From Octopus vulgaris (Eukaryota): a DNA stretch of 64,000 nt. Made by a program: the position numbers and the translations under genes. The notes beneath the pieces were generated by a model. That model searched no databases and was not told the origin of the DNA. It saw only the letters and a list, made by a program, of their open reading frames with translations. Position 1 is the first letter of the stretch; every line of letters begins with the position of its first letter. The stretch spans positions 76,384,001 through 76,448,000 of the forward strand of contig OX597822.1 in the NCBI GenBank assembly GCA_951406725.2, written 5' to 3'. Positions 1-11,556 of this stretch are shown here, one piece after another.

Positions 1-426
1 GTATGAATATGTATGTATGTGAATTTATAAATTTATATATTTACTACAATATCTACCACATTGTATCTGCAGATCTGCAGTTAATCCAAGCACAGCATGA
101 TAATCCATTGTAATCAGATTAATGACATGAGGTGGGGAATAAGTGGAGGGGGATGCAGATGAGGTATTTACAACAATAGATTTGGAACACTGAGAAACTT
201 CCACCCATCCACCCCTCTTCTATTTCATGAATAGCTGTGTGATGGTTGTGTGTGTGTGTGTGTAGTCTGCTTCAGATCTGAGAACTGGGGTAGTTGTGTG
301 TGTATGTGTGTACGTAAAACTGAACAGGTAGTTCTTTTTTTATTAAAGTCTGACGCATTGAGCATATTTGTAGAGAGGTAGGCTTGTATGAAGTATCATA
401 GGTAGGAAGGTGGGTATTTTTTTTTT

Positions 427-1017
427 ACCTGTTACCTTTGACTGGTTTCAGTGTCATTAGACTGAGGCCATGCTGGGGCACCACCTTGAAGGATTTTAAG
501 TCAAATGAATGAACTCCTGTAATTGTTATTTTTTTTTTTAAGCCTTGTGTATTATTGGTCTGTTTTGCTTATGGGGACATGCAATAACCAACACCTGTTG
601 CCAAGCTGTGGTGGGGGACAAGGATGGACACACATGCGCGTGCGCGCACACACAATCTGCCACAGTGAACTCTGATCCATGCAACCCCCAGATTTATTCG
701 TTGTAAGCCTAGTACGTATTCTATCGGTCTCTTTTGTTGAACTGCTAAGTCTACGAGGAGGTAAACACACCAACACAGGTTGTAAAGTGATGGTGGAGGA
801 ACACACTCAGACACACTTAAACAAATAAGTCATACATATATATATATATATATAGATAGATATATAAATACAACAGGTTTCTTTCAGTTACCATCTACCA
901 AATCCACTCACAAGGCCTTGATTAGACTGAGGCTATAGTAGAAGACACTTGCCCAAAGACTGAACCCAGTCCATGTGGTCGGGAAGCAAGTTTCTTACCA
1001 CACAGCCACACCTGTGC
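427..1017 (-). mobile_element. tRNA-derived SINE, family A (head GGAGTGGCTGTGTGGTAAG..., internal microsatellite, tail ...CCAGCATGGCCGCAGTCAAATGACTGAAAC)
   Basis: Matches more than 20 other full or partial copies in this window. It has A-box-like TGGCTGTGTGG and B-box-like GGTTCAGTCC motifs, and a second head fragment lies at 1082-1232. Confidence 0.85.
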
Positions 1018-2244
1018 TGCAGCTATGCCTGAACCTATATATATATATATATGATGATGATGATATATATACACACACACAGCAGGCTTCTTTCAGTTTC
1101 TGTCTACTAAATCCACTCACAAGTGTTTGGCAGTCTTGATGCTATTGTACAAGACATTTGTCCAAGGTACCATGCAGTGGGACTGAACCTGGAACCATGT
1201 GGTTGGGAAGCAGGCTTCTTACTACGCAGATACCATATGTACATTTGTGTGTGTATGAAGCTGTAGTTGTGTGTGTGTGAGTGTGTTTCTATCTGTTGGC
1301 ATATGTGTATATATGTATATGCGTGTGTGTTTGTGTCTGCATATGTGAATGTATGTATGTATATGTTTGTGTGTGTTTATAGTTGTAGTTCAGTGTGTAT
1401 GTGTGTATCTGTCTGTCTGCATATGTGAATGTATGTATGTATGCATGTATGTATGTATGCATATATTTGTATGTTTATAAACCTGTAGTTATGTGTGTAT
1501 GTATGTGTCTGTGTGTGTGTGTGTGCATGTTTGCATATGTGAATCTATGTATCTATATGATTGTGTGTGCTTAAAGTTGTAGTTAAGTGTGTATGTGTAT
1601 ATGTATCTGTTTGCATATGTGAATGTATGTATGCATATATTTGTATGTGTATAAAGCTGTAGTTAAGCATGTGTGTGTGTGTATTTGTGGGCGTGCGTAC
1701 CCGTCTCTGCATATATGAATGTATGTAGCTGTATGTTTGCGTGTGCTGAAAGTTGTAGTTAAGTATATATGTATGTGAATGTATGTATGTATGCGTATAT
1801 TTGTATATGTATAAAGCTGTAGTTATGCATGTGTGTGTGTGTGTACGGTGTGTGCAAAAGAAGCTGACCTGACATGTGTGGTATTTGGTGTTTGTATATG
1901 TATATGCATATGCAAGAAGCTTGGTAGGTAGCTGTGTATATATATGTTGTGCATGAATGTGTGTGTGTGTGAATATACGTACATGTGTATGCATGACACG
2001 TACTTTAACATCAGCTCATGCCAAACACGCCAGGTTAGCATTCCCACATGTGTCCAAAGCATTGATTAACTATCTAACCTCTTCTCTATGGTGTCCGCCA
2101 TTAATATTAATTACTGAGGTAATTGTTTCTCTGCAAGCTATAGTGTCAGAGAATGTTGTTAGTCGTCGGAGAAAAGGAAGATGAGGCATTCATGCCTTTT
2201 CCAGGGAAACTACTGATGTAAATGAATTAAAAACAGAATCAGGA

Positions 2245-2412
2245 ATGGTCGTGGTTTTGTGGTTAAGAAGCTCATTTTGTGACCATGTGGTTTGGGGGTT
2301 CAATCCTACTGCACAGCACCCTGAGGAAGTGACTTATTCTACTATCGCCCCAGACTAACTGATTGTCTAACCGATCGAATTTGGTAGATGGAAACTGGAT
2401 GGAATCCTTTCA

Positions 2413-2462
<50 letters not shown>

Positions 2463-2907
2463 TATATGTCTATATGTATGTATGCATGTATGTATATGCA
2501 TATATATTTATATATATATATGTATATTAAGTAGCTTGCTTACCAGCCACATGGTTCTGGGTTCAGTCCTACTGCATGGCACCTTGGGCAAGTGTCTTCT
2601 ACAATTGCCTTGGGCTGACCAAAGCCTTGTGAGTGGATTTGGTAGATGGAAACTGAAAAAAACCTGTTATGTATATGTGTGTGTGTGTGTGTTTGTGTGT
2701 CTGTGTTTGTCCCTCCACCATTGCTTGACAACTGATGTTGGTGTGTTTACGTCCCTGTAACTTAGCGATTTGGCAAAGGAGACCGACAGGATAAGTACTG
2801 GGCTTAGAAAGAATAAGCCTTGTGGTGAATTACATTGAGTAAAGGGTGGTCCTCCAGCATGGCCGCAGTCAAATGACTGAAACAAATAAAACAAAAAATC
2901 TATATAT

Positions 2908-2960
<53 letters not shown>

Positions 2961-3145
2961 TCTTTATTGTGTTAGTCTTCTGTTTGCTTGTCAGCCAGTG
3001 TTAGTTTGTTTACATTCCTGTAAATAAGCAGTTCAGCAAAAGAGACCAATAGAATTAATATCAGGTTAGATATATTCAACCAGCCTTGTGAGGCAGTGCT
3101 CCAGCATGGCCACAGTCCAATAACTGAAACAAATAAAAGTATAAA
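2245..3145 (+). mobile_element. Cluster of family A SINEs (head 2245-2410, near-full copy 2530-2895, 3' half 2985-3145)
   Basis: Same head, body and tail blocks as the other copies, separated by (TA)n/(TG)n. Confidence 0.85.
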
Positions 3146-3605
3146 AAAAAAAAGAGGAATCCTTTCAGAAACCACCTGACTCAAGCTAATCTCGCATGAA
3201 GCTTTACTGCTTGCTGTGATACTATGAAACTCTCTTATGGTTAATTAACTAAGTAATTAATTAATTAACAGTGATAGCTAAAACAATCATAAGTCAACCA
3301 CTTCTGTTATCTCCTCTTACCGGTGACCTTTAATCCTGTTAAAGCTTCAAATCAGGAAAATTGTTAGATTAATCTGGATTAGGTGGTTAATTTGTACCAT
3401 CATGTGATTGGTACTGTGTTGCTGTTGTTGTCATTTAGCTCCAGGTCAGTGTTGATTGAATAGATCATTCATCAATAGCATTCCAACTATGACCTTCTCT
3501 GGAGTTCAACGGGATTGATATTTGGTTGCTGTTTCTAGCATGTTTGGTAATGGCATAAAATACGAGTAGACAAATAGTTCACCTGTATACAAAATTTCAT
3601 CTGTT

Positions 3606-3825
3606 TACACTTTACCTGTTCTAGTCATTGGATAGCGGCCATGCTGGGGCACAGACAGCCTCGAAGGGTATTTAGTTGAGCAGATTCTCCCAATCGTTAT
3701 TTGCTGAACTGCTAAGGTTACAAGGACATAAACAAACCTACACTAATTTACAAACAGTGGGTTGGAGAGATGAACACTGATACACTCACATAACTACATA
3801 TATATACGTGTGTGTGCATATGTGT

Positions 3826-3865
<40 letters not shown>

Positions 3866-4628
3866 TTTTACTGGTTTCAGTCATTTGACTGTGACCATGC
3901 TGGAGCACTAGCCTTTAGTTGAAAGAATTGCCCCTCAGAACTTATTCTTTGTAAGCCTAGTACATATTCTATCAGTCTCTTAAGCTGAACTGTTAAGTTA
4001 TGGGGATGTAAACACACCAACATCAGTTATCAAGTGATGGTAGGGGTGGGGGACAAACACAAACACACAAGCATATATATTTACGATGGGCTTCTTTCAG
4101 TTTCCGTTCACCAAATCCACCCACGAGGCTTTGGTTGGCTCAAGGCTATAATAGAAGACACTTGCCTTGTGGTTGGGAAGCAAGCTTCTTAACACACAGC
4201 CACACCTGCGCCTGTGTATATGTATATATCTTTCATCTGTTGTCTTTACTTGTATTAGTCATTAGACTGTGGCCATGCTGGAGTACCACCTTGAGAATTT
4301 TGGGCTGCATGAATTGATCCCAGTTTGATTTTAAAGTCTAGCACTTATTCTATTAGTTCCTTTGGCTGGACTGCTAAGTTATGGGGATGTAAATATACAA
4401 ACACCGGTTGTCAAACAGTGGAGGGAGGCAAACAAAGACTCAAAGGCACACACATCTGTATGGTAAGCTTCTTTCAGTCTCCGTCTATCAAATCCACTCA
4501 CAAGGCTTTAGTCAATGCAAGTCTATAGTAGAAAATGCTTGCTCAAGGTGCCACACAGTAGGACTGAACCTGGAACCCTGTGGTTTGGGAAGCAAGCTTC
4601 TTACAGCACAGCCACACCTGCACCTATG
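3606..4628 (-). mobile_element. Three tandem family A SINE copies (3606-3760 partial, 3863-4215, 4240-4628)
   Basis: Repeated reverse-complement tail (CAGTCATT..GACTGTGGCCATGCTGG) and head (CACAGCCACACCTG). Confidence 0.85.
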
Positions 4629-4808
4629 TGGATTATCAAACAGCTGTGAAGTTCCCTTCATTGATGCACTTCATGTTATGATAACAGTTTGCTAAACTGC
4701 AAGATTTACATCATTCTGTCGATCTGATAATTGTGGCGTTCTTCATTTTAATATGCAACAACAGCTCCATGCATCTGCTGTCATCAAATTTACATAATCA
4801 CACACACG

Positions 4809-4848
<40 letters not shown>

Positions 4849-5058
4849 GTACTGCCACATATTTTCACACTCCTCATTTTCATTTTTATCATCAAATGAG
4901 ACATGGGATGGCTGTGTGGTTAAGGCACTTGTTTTGCAATCTTATAGTTTCAGGGTCAATGTCACTGTGTTGGAAGTGTTTTCTACTATAGCCACAGGAT
5001 GACCACCAATGCCTTATAAGTGAATCTTCTAGATGGAAGCTTATTGTGTGTCTATATA

Positions 5059-5104
<46 letters not shown>

Positions 5105-5139
5105 ACAAGCTTCTTGCTGGCATCACAACATACCTAACC

Positions 5140-5542
5140 AAGGGACTTAACTCCTAGACAAATCCCCTGGCTCATTAATACTTAATTTATCAACCTCGAA
5201 AAGATGAAACGCAAAGTTGACCTTGGTGGAGTTTGAACTCAGAACATAAAGACGGATAAAATACCGATGAGTATTTCGCCCAGTGTGCTAACGTTTCTGC
5301 CAATTCACCGCCTTAAAATTCTAAATTATTCTTTTCTCCTCTTGGCACAAGGCCTGAAATTTTGGGGTGGGGACCAGAAGATTAGATTGACCTCAATATG
5401 CTACTGGAACTTAATTTATCGAACCTGAAAGGATGAAAGGCAAAGTCGACCACGGTGGAATTTGAACTCAGAACGTTAAGACAGACGAAATACCGCTAAC
5501 CATTTCACCCGGTGTGCTAACATTTCTGCCGGCTCACCACCT
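5140..5542 (-). mobile_element. Two tandem tRNA-derived SINEs, family B (head GGCGAGCTGGCAGAA..., GTTCTGAGTTCAAAT)
   Basis: Two copies of TTTGAACTCAGAAC...GCTAACGTTTCTGCC. The same family occurs at 13495, 15270, 25412, 28050, 38548, 41885 and 51155-52240. Confidence 0.85.
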
Positions 5543-5693
5543 TACTACTAAGCAAATATAGCAAGCTATCTTATTCTCTACTATTCAGTCAACTTGGCTA
5601 ATTTACTACCTGACCGTACCTGTAATTAACCCTAAATGTACCTGTGTCATTTTTGTCTGGGTTAACAGGCTTTCTCATTGTTGGTTTTGTTAG

Positions 5694-5779
5694 GTGCGGT
5701 TATTGTTGACATTACAGAATTTAATCCTTTTGAGAGAGTAACATATCCAGATGGAGTTGATGATAATAGCTCTATGTAA
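5694..5779 (+). CDS. Candidate terminal coding exon (x-AVIVDITEFNPFERVTYPDGVDDNSSM*), no recognised homology
   Basis: Acceptor tttctcattgttggttttgttag at 5671-5693, an open phase-1 frame to TAA at 5777-5779, non-repetitive sequence, and AATAAA near 5882. Confidence 0.35.
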
Positions 5780-5951
5780 ACATGTCTATAACTTCATTTA
5801 CACCTGCTCATTAGCCACACATATATAAACATGATACAATTTAACGAGCAGCCATGTGTAACAAATTTACTCCCAACAACAAATAAATGTCTCTCAAAAT
5901 GTCTTCTGAACTGAAATGCATTTTTACTCAAATTCCCACCATTATATTGGT

Positions 5952-6462
5952 ACCACCACTACCACCACCACTTTTTATTGTCACCAATGTCACCAGTACC
6001 ACCATCACCACCACCAGCAGCAGCAGCATCACCACCACCACCACCATCATCACCACCACCATCATCACCCCATCATCACCAAAACTACCACCATCACCAC
6101 AACCACCAACACTACCACCACAACCACCACCAACACCACCACCACAACCACCATTACCATCACCACAACCACCACCACCACTACAACCACCACCACCACC
6201 ATCACCACAACCACCACCACCATCATCACCACAACCACCACAACCATCACCACCACCATCACCACCACCACGACCACTACCACCACAACCACCACCACCA
6301 CAACCACTACTACCATCACCACAACCACCACCACCATCACCACAACCACCACTACTACCATCACCACAACCACCACCACCATCACCACAACCACCACAAC
6401 CATCACCAACACCATCACGACCACTACCACCACAACCACCACCACCACCATCACCACCTTCA
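5952..6462. repeat. Compound (CAC/CAT/CAA)n trinucleotide microsatellite
   Basis: Directly visible. It produces poly-Pro, poly-Thr, poly-His, poly-Gly and poly-Val ORFs in five frames. Confidence 0.95.
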
Positions 6463-7049
6463 CCCCTACTCCAGGTAATTATGATTCCCATTGCTACGAA
6501 GGGACAATGGCAGAAGTTTACAGAGGAAATAGGAAATAGCAAAGTATAATTTTGTATTAAGTCAGGTGGGGTGGAGTCGGCTAGCAAGGTAAATAGACTA
6601 ATGTCAACCGAAACTCGAAACTCGAAACTGGTTCGCATAAATCATTTATTTGGCTGAGAACATAAAACCCTGCTTACACATTGTTAGGCCACACCTTTTC
6701 CTTTCACAAAGGTAAATCTATTCCTCTCTTTTTATTTGATATGAAGTCTTTCCGAAATTTTATGTTCTGGCAATGTGTACATAATTGGGAATGTGCTAAT
6801 CGCATGTCTGTGCGATGGGGGAGGCTCTGTTTGCTCTTCGTTTTGAATCAGTGTGAAATACAGGAGTTGGTACCGGCTATTTATCATTTTTATTTTATTC
6901 TGTTATTTATATTTTTTTTTTGTTTCCTCTAAACTGAGGTGTAGGTTAAAATTCTATGTATAGTCGCTTTTAGCACTGTCACCAGTAGCAAACAGTACTA
7001 TGTATGCTCTATATATGCATGTGTATATATATATATATATATATGTGAA

Positions 7050-7344
7050 GGCGCAATGGCTCAGTGGTTAGGGCAGCGGACTCGCAGTCTTAGGATCGTG
7101 GTTTCGATTCCCAGACCGGGCCTTGTGAGTGTTTATTGAGCAAAAACACCTAAAAGTTCCATGAAGCTCCGGCAGGGGGGTGGTGATCCCTGCTGTACTC
7201 TTCCACCACTCTTTCTCCCACTCTTTCTTCTGTTGGCCTGCTCGCTTAGCCAGCGGGGTGGCATCATTCGATGGCTAAAACAATGCGAATGCATTGTGAC
7301 CAGCAATGTGTAACAACATCTGATGGTCTGGTCGATCACGTGAT

Positions 7345-7352
<8 letters not shown>
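7050..7352 (+). mobile_element. tRNA-derived SINE, family C (head GGCGCAATGGCTCAGTGGTTAGGGCAGCGGACTCGC, tail (CACGTGAT)n)
   Basis: A box TGGCTCAGTGG and B box GGTTTCGATTCC. Other copies at 19764-19962 and 59051-59172. Inserted in (TA)n. Confidence 0.85.
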
Positions 7353-7380
<28 letters not shown>

Positions 7381-7382
<2 letters not shown>

Positions 7383-7569
7383 TTTATTTAAAGAAGGAGA
7401 AAATTCAACAAAACCTGTTACTCTGAGTTTCACGTTCATGGGAACGTGAAACTCAGAGTAACAGGTTTTGTTGAATTTTCTGCTGCTTTTAAATAAAGCA
7501 TATTACTCTCCCCCTGGTATTTGAGTACTCTTTTTTCCACCTTGTTTCACATTTATGTGTTTACTCCGG
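7381..7569 (+). mobile_element. Penelope-like inverted terminal remnant with a perfect 40-bp hairpin (7398-7437 / 7442-7481)
   Basis: Perfect inverted repeat with a 4-nt loop (ATGG). Each arm carries GAAAC-TCAGA-GTA, the 3' half of a hammerhead, and the element is flanked by (TA)n. The Penelope assignment is inference. Confidence 0.6.
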
Positions 7570-7682
7570 TATATATATATATATATATATGTAGAAGGTT
7601 GAAAAGGAACGCACAAGTTGATATGTATAAGGAAAATAAGACAAGGTAAAAAATGCTAAAATAATTTTATCAAGAACATTTT

Positions 7683-7716
7683 AGTACTGGTTTCAGTCTT
7701 TGCGACTTTTTCAACT
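7683..7716 (-). ncRNA. Minimal type I hammerhead ribozyme-like motif (U3-A8 variant, degenerate)
   Basis: The minus strand reads ag-TTGAAAA-AGTC(gcaaa)GACT-GAAAC-ca-GTA-ct. Confidence 0.45.
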
Positions 7717-7929
7717 TATAGCAAAGCATGAAAAACAATTAAATTGTGGAAAACTTAAATGAAATGTTTTTTAAAGAATATTTCCATAGTTTCCAAATGC
7801 AAAGGATATTTTCCTTGTTTCTCTCTGTCTGTCTGCCTCTCGTTTTTACTCATGTGAGGTCTTGGTAGCATCTCAACAGAAATATGGTAACTAAAAGGTT
7901 AAAATATATGATTGAGAAACAATTCTTAA

Positions 7930-8146
7930 CCCTTTCAATACCAACCTAGCTGAAACCAGCTCTGGCTCTGAGTACAAATGTCTTGTTTTCAAGTTTTGAA
8001 TTAAAATCTTTCACCAAACCTTGGTCACAATTTATGTTCCTAACACTAGCTGAATGATAACTAAGTTATTTTACTAAATTCTTTGTTTTGTTTAAAATTA
8101 ATTGAAAGAAATAGAGCATCTCAAAATAAATACAGTAACGAAAGGG
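7930..8146 (-). mobile_element. piggyBac-type MITE
   Basis: TTAA|CCCTTTC ... GAAAGGG|TTAA ends. Same family as the tandem copies at 40255-40921. Confidence 0.8.
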
Positions 8147-8282
8147 TTAAGATTTGAAATGAGCAGTACCTCTCTACATAAATATCTAAAAGGATATACA
8201 TGTCAGATGGGGTCATTGTGTAAGCTTAACTTTTATTTGACTAAAATGTGTGTGTGTATGTGTGTGTTCATGTTTAAGACAT

Positions 8283-8530
8283 AATCATCACCTTTTAATA
8301 TCCATTTTCCACGTTGGCATGGGTTGGATGGTTTGACAGGAGCTAGCAAACCTGGTCTGTTTTGGTATAATTTCTACAGCTTGATGCACTTCCTAATACC
8401 AAGCATTTTACAGAGTGTACTGGGTGCCTACAAGTTGGCACCATCACAGGTGCTTCATACGTGCCACCAGCATGAATGCTTTTTATGTGGCACCAGAACA
8501 GGTGCTTTTTATGTGGCACTGGCACAAGCA
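8283..8530 (-). mobile_element. RTE-like non-autonomous element or SINE with (GAT)n tail
   Basis: Shares TTTTCCATGC.GGCATGGGTTGGA, GGATGCCCTTCCTAA and TTTTATGTG.CACC blocks with copies at 9281, 10555, 29422, 32265, 32846 and 35235. Confidence 0.7.
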
Positions 8531-8948
8531 TATGAAATTAAATTGAAATTAAAAAGCTGTACACTTCATACACACACACACACACAAACAAATGACTACA
8601 AATACAAACATATACTTACTAATGTTTACTAATGTAAGGAAGTTATAAAGAAATTGCTCAAAAGGTAAATGGAATTAAATTTAAAATATATGAAATTTGG
8701 TGGCTAAGTCATGGTACACATAATTTATACATTCATATCTATGCACCACTGCTACATACACACACACACTACTGCTACACATGCACACACACACACACAC
8801 ACATACACACACGGATATGTGTTTAGCCCAATATAGCCATATGCATATTTTTATAAACTCAGAAATGTACACATGTTTGCAGATTTACACACACACATGT
8901 GTATATATATATATATATATATATAGACACATATACATACACACACAC

Positions 8949-8984
<36 letters not shown>

Positions 8985-9135
8985 ATAAATATATATATAT
9001 AACATATGTCTATCATGGATGACCATATTTATACACACGTGTATATATATATATATACATACATACACACACTGATATACAGATATGTACATGTATGTAT
9101 GTATGTATATATGTACATACAGATGTGTGTATGTG

Positions 9136-9172
<37 letters not shown>

Positions 9173-9183
9173 ATATATATATG

Positions 9184-9248
<65 letters not shown>

Positions 9249-9280
9249 GTATGTATATATATATATATGTATATATATAT

Positions 9281-9830
9281 ATCATCATCATCATTTAGCG
9301 TCCGTTTTCCATGCTAGCATGGGTTGGACGGTTCAACTGGGGTCTGGGGAGCCCGAAGGCTGCACCAGGCCAGTCAGATCTGGCAGTGTTTCTACAGCTG
9401 GATGCCCTTCCTAACGCCAACCACTCCGAGAGTGTAGTGGGTGATTTTATGTGCCACCGACACAGGTGCCAGACGAGGCTGGCGAACGGCCACGCTCGGA
9501 TGGTGTTTTTATGTGCCACCGACACAGGTGCCAGACGAGGCTGGCAGACGGCCACGCTCGGATGGTGTTTTTATGTGCCACCGACACAGGTGCCAGACGA
9601 GGCTGGCAGACGGCCACGCTCGGATGGTGTTTTTATGTGCCACCGACACAGGTGCCAGATGAGGCTGGCGGACGGCCACGATCGGATGGTGTTTGTTACG
9701 TCCCCAAAGCACGGAGGCCAGTCTATGCGGTACTGGCTACGGCCACGCTCGGATGATTTTCTTGTGTGCCACCGGCACTGGTACCACAAAGATACAAATT
9801 CCATTTATGTTCATCTATTTTGATTTGATT

Positions 9831-9835
<5 letters not shown>
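9281..9835 (-). mobile_element. Young RTE-like (GAT)n-tailed element containing a 62-bp minisatellite
   Basis: CpG-rich copy with a (CAT)n tail at 9281-9294 and an internal tandem array. Confidence 0.8.
9445..9790. repeat. 62-bp tandem repeat, 4 near-identical plus about 1.5 degenerate units
   Basis: ATGTGCCACCGACAC starts at 9449, 9511, 9573 and 9635 (period 62). Confidence 0.95.
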
Positions 9836-9885
<50 letters not shown>

Positions 9886-10138
9886 CATATATATATAGTA
9901 ATTACCCAGTTTCTTTCATTTTTGACTTAATAAAATGTTCACGCTTCACTGAGCAAATCTTTAATGTTATTCAATTTTTCTATCAGTTAAATTCAAACAT
10001 TTTTACATCATTCTCAGCATAACCATTATCATCATCGTCATCATCATCAATATCACAATAATATAAAAAATCCCATGATGGCATTCACTATGATCATCAG
10101 CAGCACTATCACATTGTGTGTACGTGCACATGGACACA

Positions 10139-10171
<33 letters not shown>

Positions 10172-10554
10172 TCGACTCATGTCTGTGTATCAGCCATCAT
10201 CCTTTGCAGACTTGGTTGAAATTGTCTTGTGGAAAGGTTGTACATATTTTGACACAAAGTGCAATTGAATATAATTCTTTGTAAGTATATATACGAGATG
10301 TATGTGTTTGTGAATATATGTGCTTTTTCAGTGATGTGTATATGTGTGTGCGTGTGTGTATATTTATGCGTATTCAATTATTGGTTACTCTAAGAATGTA
10401 TATCGGTGATTCATGGATAATAATTCTTGCTTTGTTACAATTAATGGATATTAAATGGTTAGCAAAACATTAACCCTTTTACTATTTAAGTTAACCATAT
10501 CAGGCCCAAATATTTTACCTGTTCTATGTTTAAATCAGTCAAATCCAGCTTCTT

Positions 10555-10890
10555 CATCATCATCATCATTTGATATCCACTTTCCATTCTGGCATAAGTT
10601 GGATGATTTGACTGAGGACTGGCAAGCCAGGAGGCTGCTCAAGGCTCCAATCTGATTTGGCAAAGTTTTTTCAGCTGGATGCCCTTCCTTCCTAACGCTA
10701 GCCACTCTGAGAGCGTAGTGGGTGACTTTTACATTCCACCGGCATGGGGGCCAATCAGGAGGCACTGACATCAACCACACTTAAAAGGTGCTTTTTACAT
10801 GCCACCAGCATGGGTGCCATTCAGGCAGCATTGGCACAATTATGATTTCAATTGACTCAACAAGACTTCTCAAACACAGCATATCTCCAA
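10555..10890 (-). mobile_element. RTE-like (GAT)n-tailed element flanked by a ~150-bp direct duplication
   Basis: Family blocks are present, and the flanks 10401-10554 and 10914-11064 are diverged direct copies. Confidence 0.75.
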
Positions 10891-10984
10891 ATATATGTTC
10901 ATTTGTGCATTACTATCAGGGGTTTGATGGATAATAATTCTTGCTTTGTTACTGTTAGTGGGGATATTAACTGGTTAGCAAAAA

Positions 10985-11187
10985 CCCTTTAGCATTTAAA
11001 CTAGTCCTACCTGGCCCAAATATTCTACCTGTTTTATGATCATATCAGTCAAATCCAGCCTCTTACATTCTAAAAATAAGCAATCACATTATTGAAATCT
11101 CAGAGCCATGAGACAATGCATAATTAATTCAAGATAATATGGATAAATAAGCATTACATTTGGCAGCATAATCTGAATGCTAAAGGG
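10985..11187. mobile_element. piggyBac-type MITE, second family
   Basis: TIRs CCCTTTAGCATT / AATGCTAAAGGG, with the right end followed by TTAA. Confidence 0.75.
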
Positions 11188-11493
11188 TTAAATATATCAG
11201 CTAAAACCTAAAGCATTTATTAAGGTTAGAATTCTTTCCTTCTGTGCCCTCTTCTTAAAGTTTTCTGGAATAGTCTTCATGACGAAAATACAAAATTAGG
11301 AGTAGAAATCTGATTAATTTGGAATCTCTGCTATTTTTTTTATTTCTCCCTTTTATGGGGATTTCTTCTGGGAGAGATACCAGCTCCATGAGACCAGCTG
11401 TATTAGATGGCATAGAAGACCGATGGGTATGCTAAACACACCCTGATTTCAGATGTACATTTTTAGAAAAGCAAGTGAGCATCAGAAACCAAA

Positions 11494-11556
11494 TTAGTTT
11501 ATGAGATGCCCAACTTTGCATACTGGAGCTGCAGTGATTCTTTTAAAGACATTTTG
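11494..11556 (-). CDS. Candidate terminal exon (QNVFKRITAAPVCKVGHLIN*) of an orphan minus-strand gene
   Basis: Acceptor ttttttttttctag, an open phase-0 frame, and AATAAA on the minus strand at 11216-11221. Confidence 0.25.
   Translation of the reverse strand, partial: QNVFKRITAAPVCKVGHLIN

Noticed and set aside
5887-6638. Long Pro-, Thr-, His-, Gly- and Val-rich ORFs resembling extensin or mucin
   Set aside because: All come from one (CAC)n-type microsatellite that is open in five frames, with no unique coding sequence.
7050-7125. tRNA-like heads at 7050, 13191, 19764 and 39311 as real tRNA genes
   Set aside because: Cloverleaves are imperfect and each continues into a multi-copy SINE body.
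9445-9790. Regular array resembling CRISPR, and overlapping 170-aa ORFs
   Set aside because: Units are contiguous with no unique spacers, there are no cas genes, the context is eukaryotic, and the array is internal to a retroelement.
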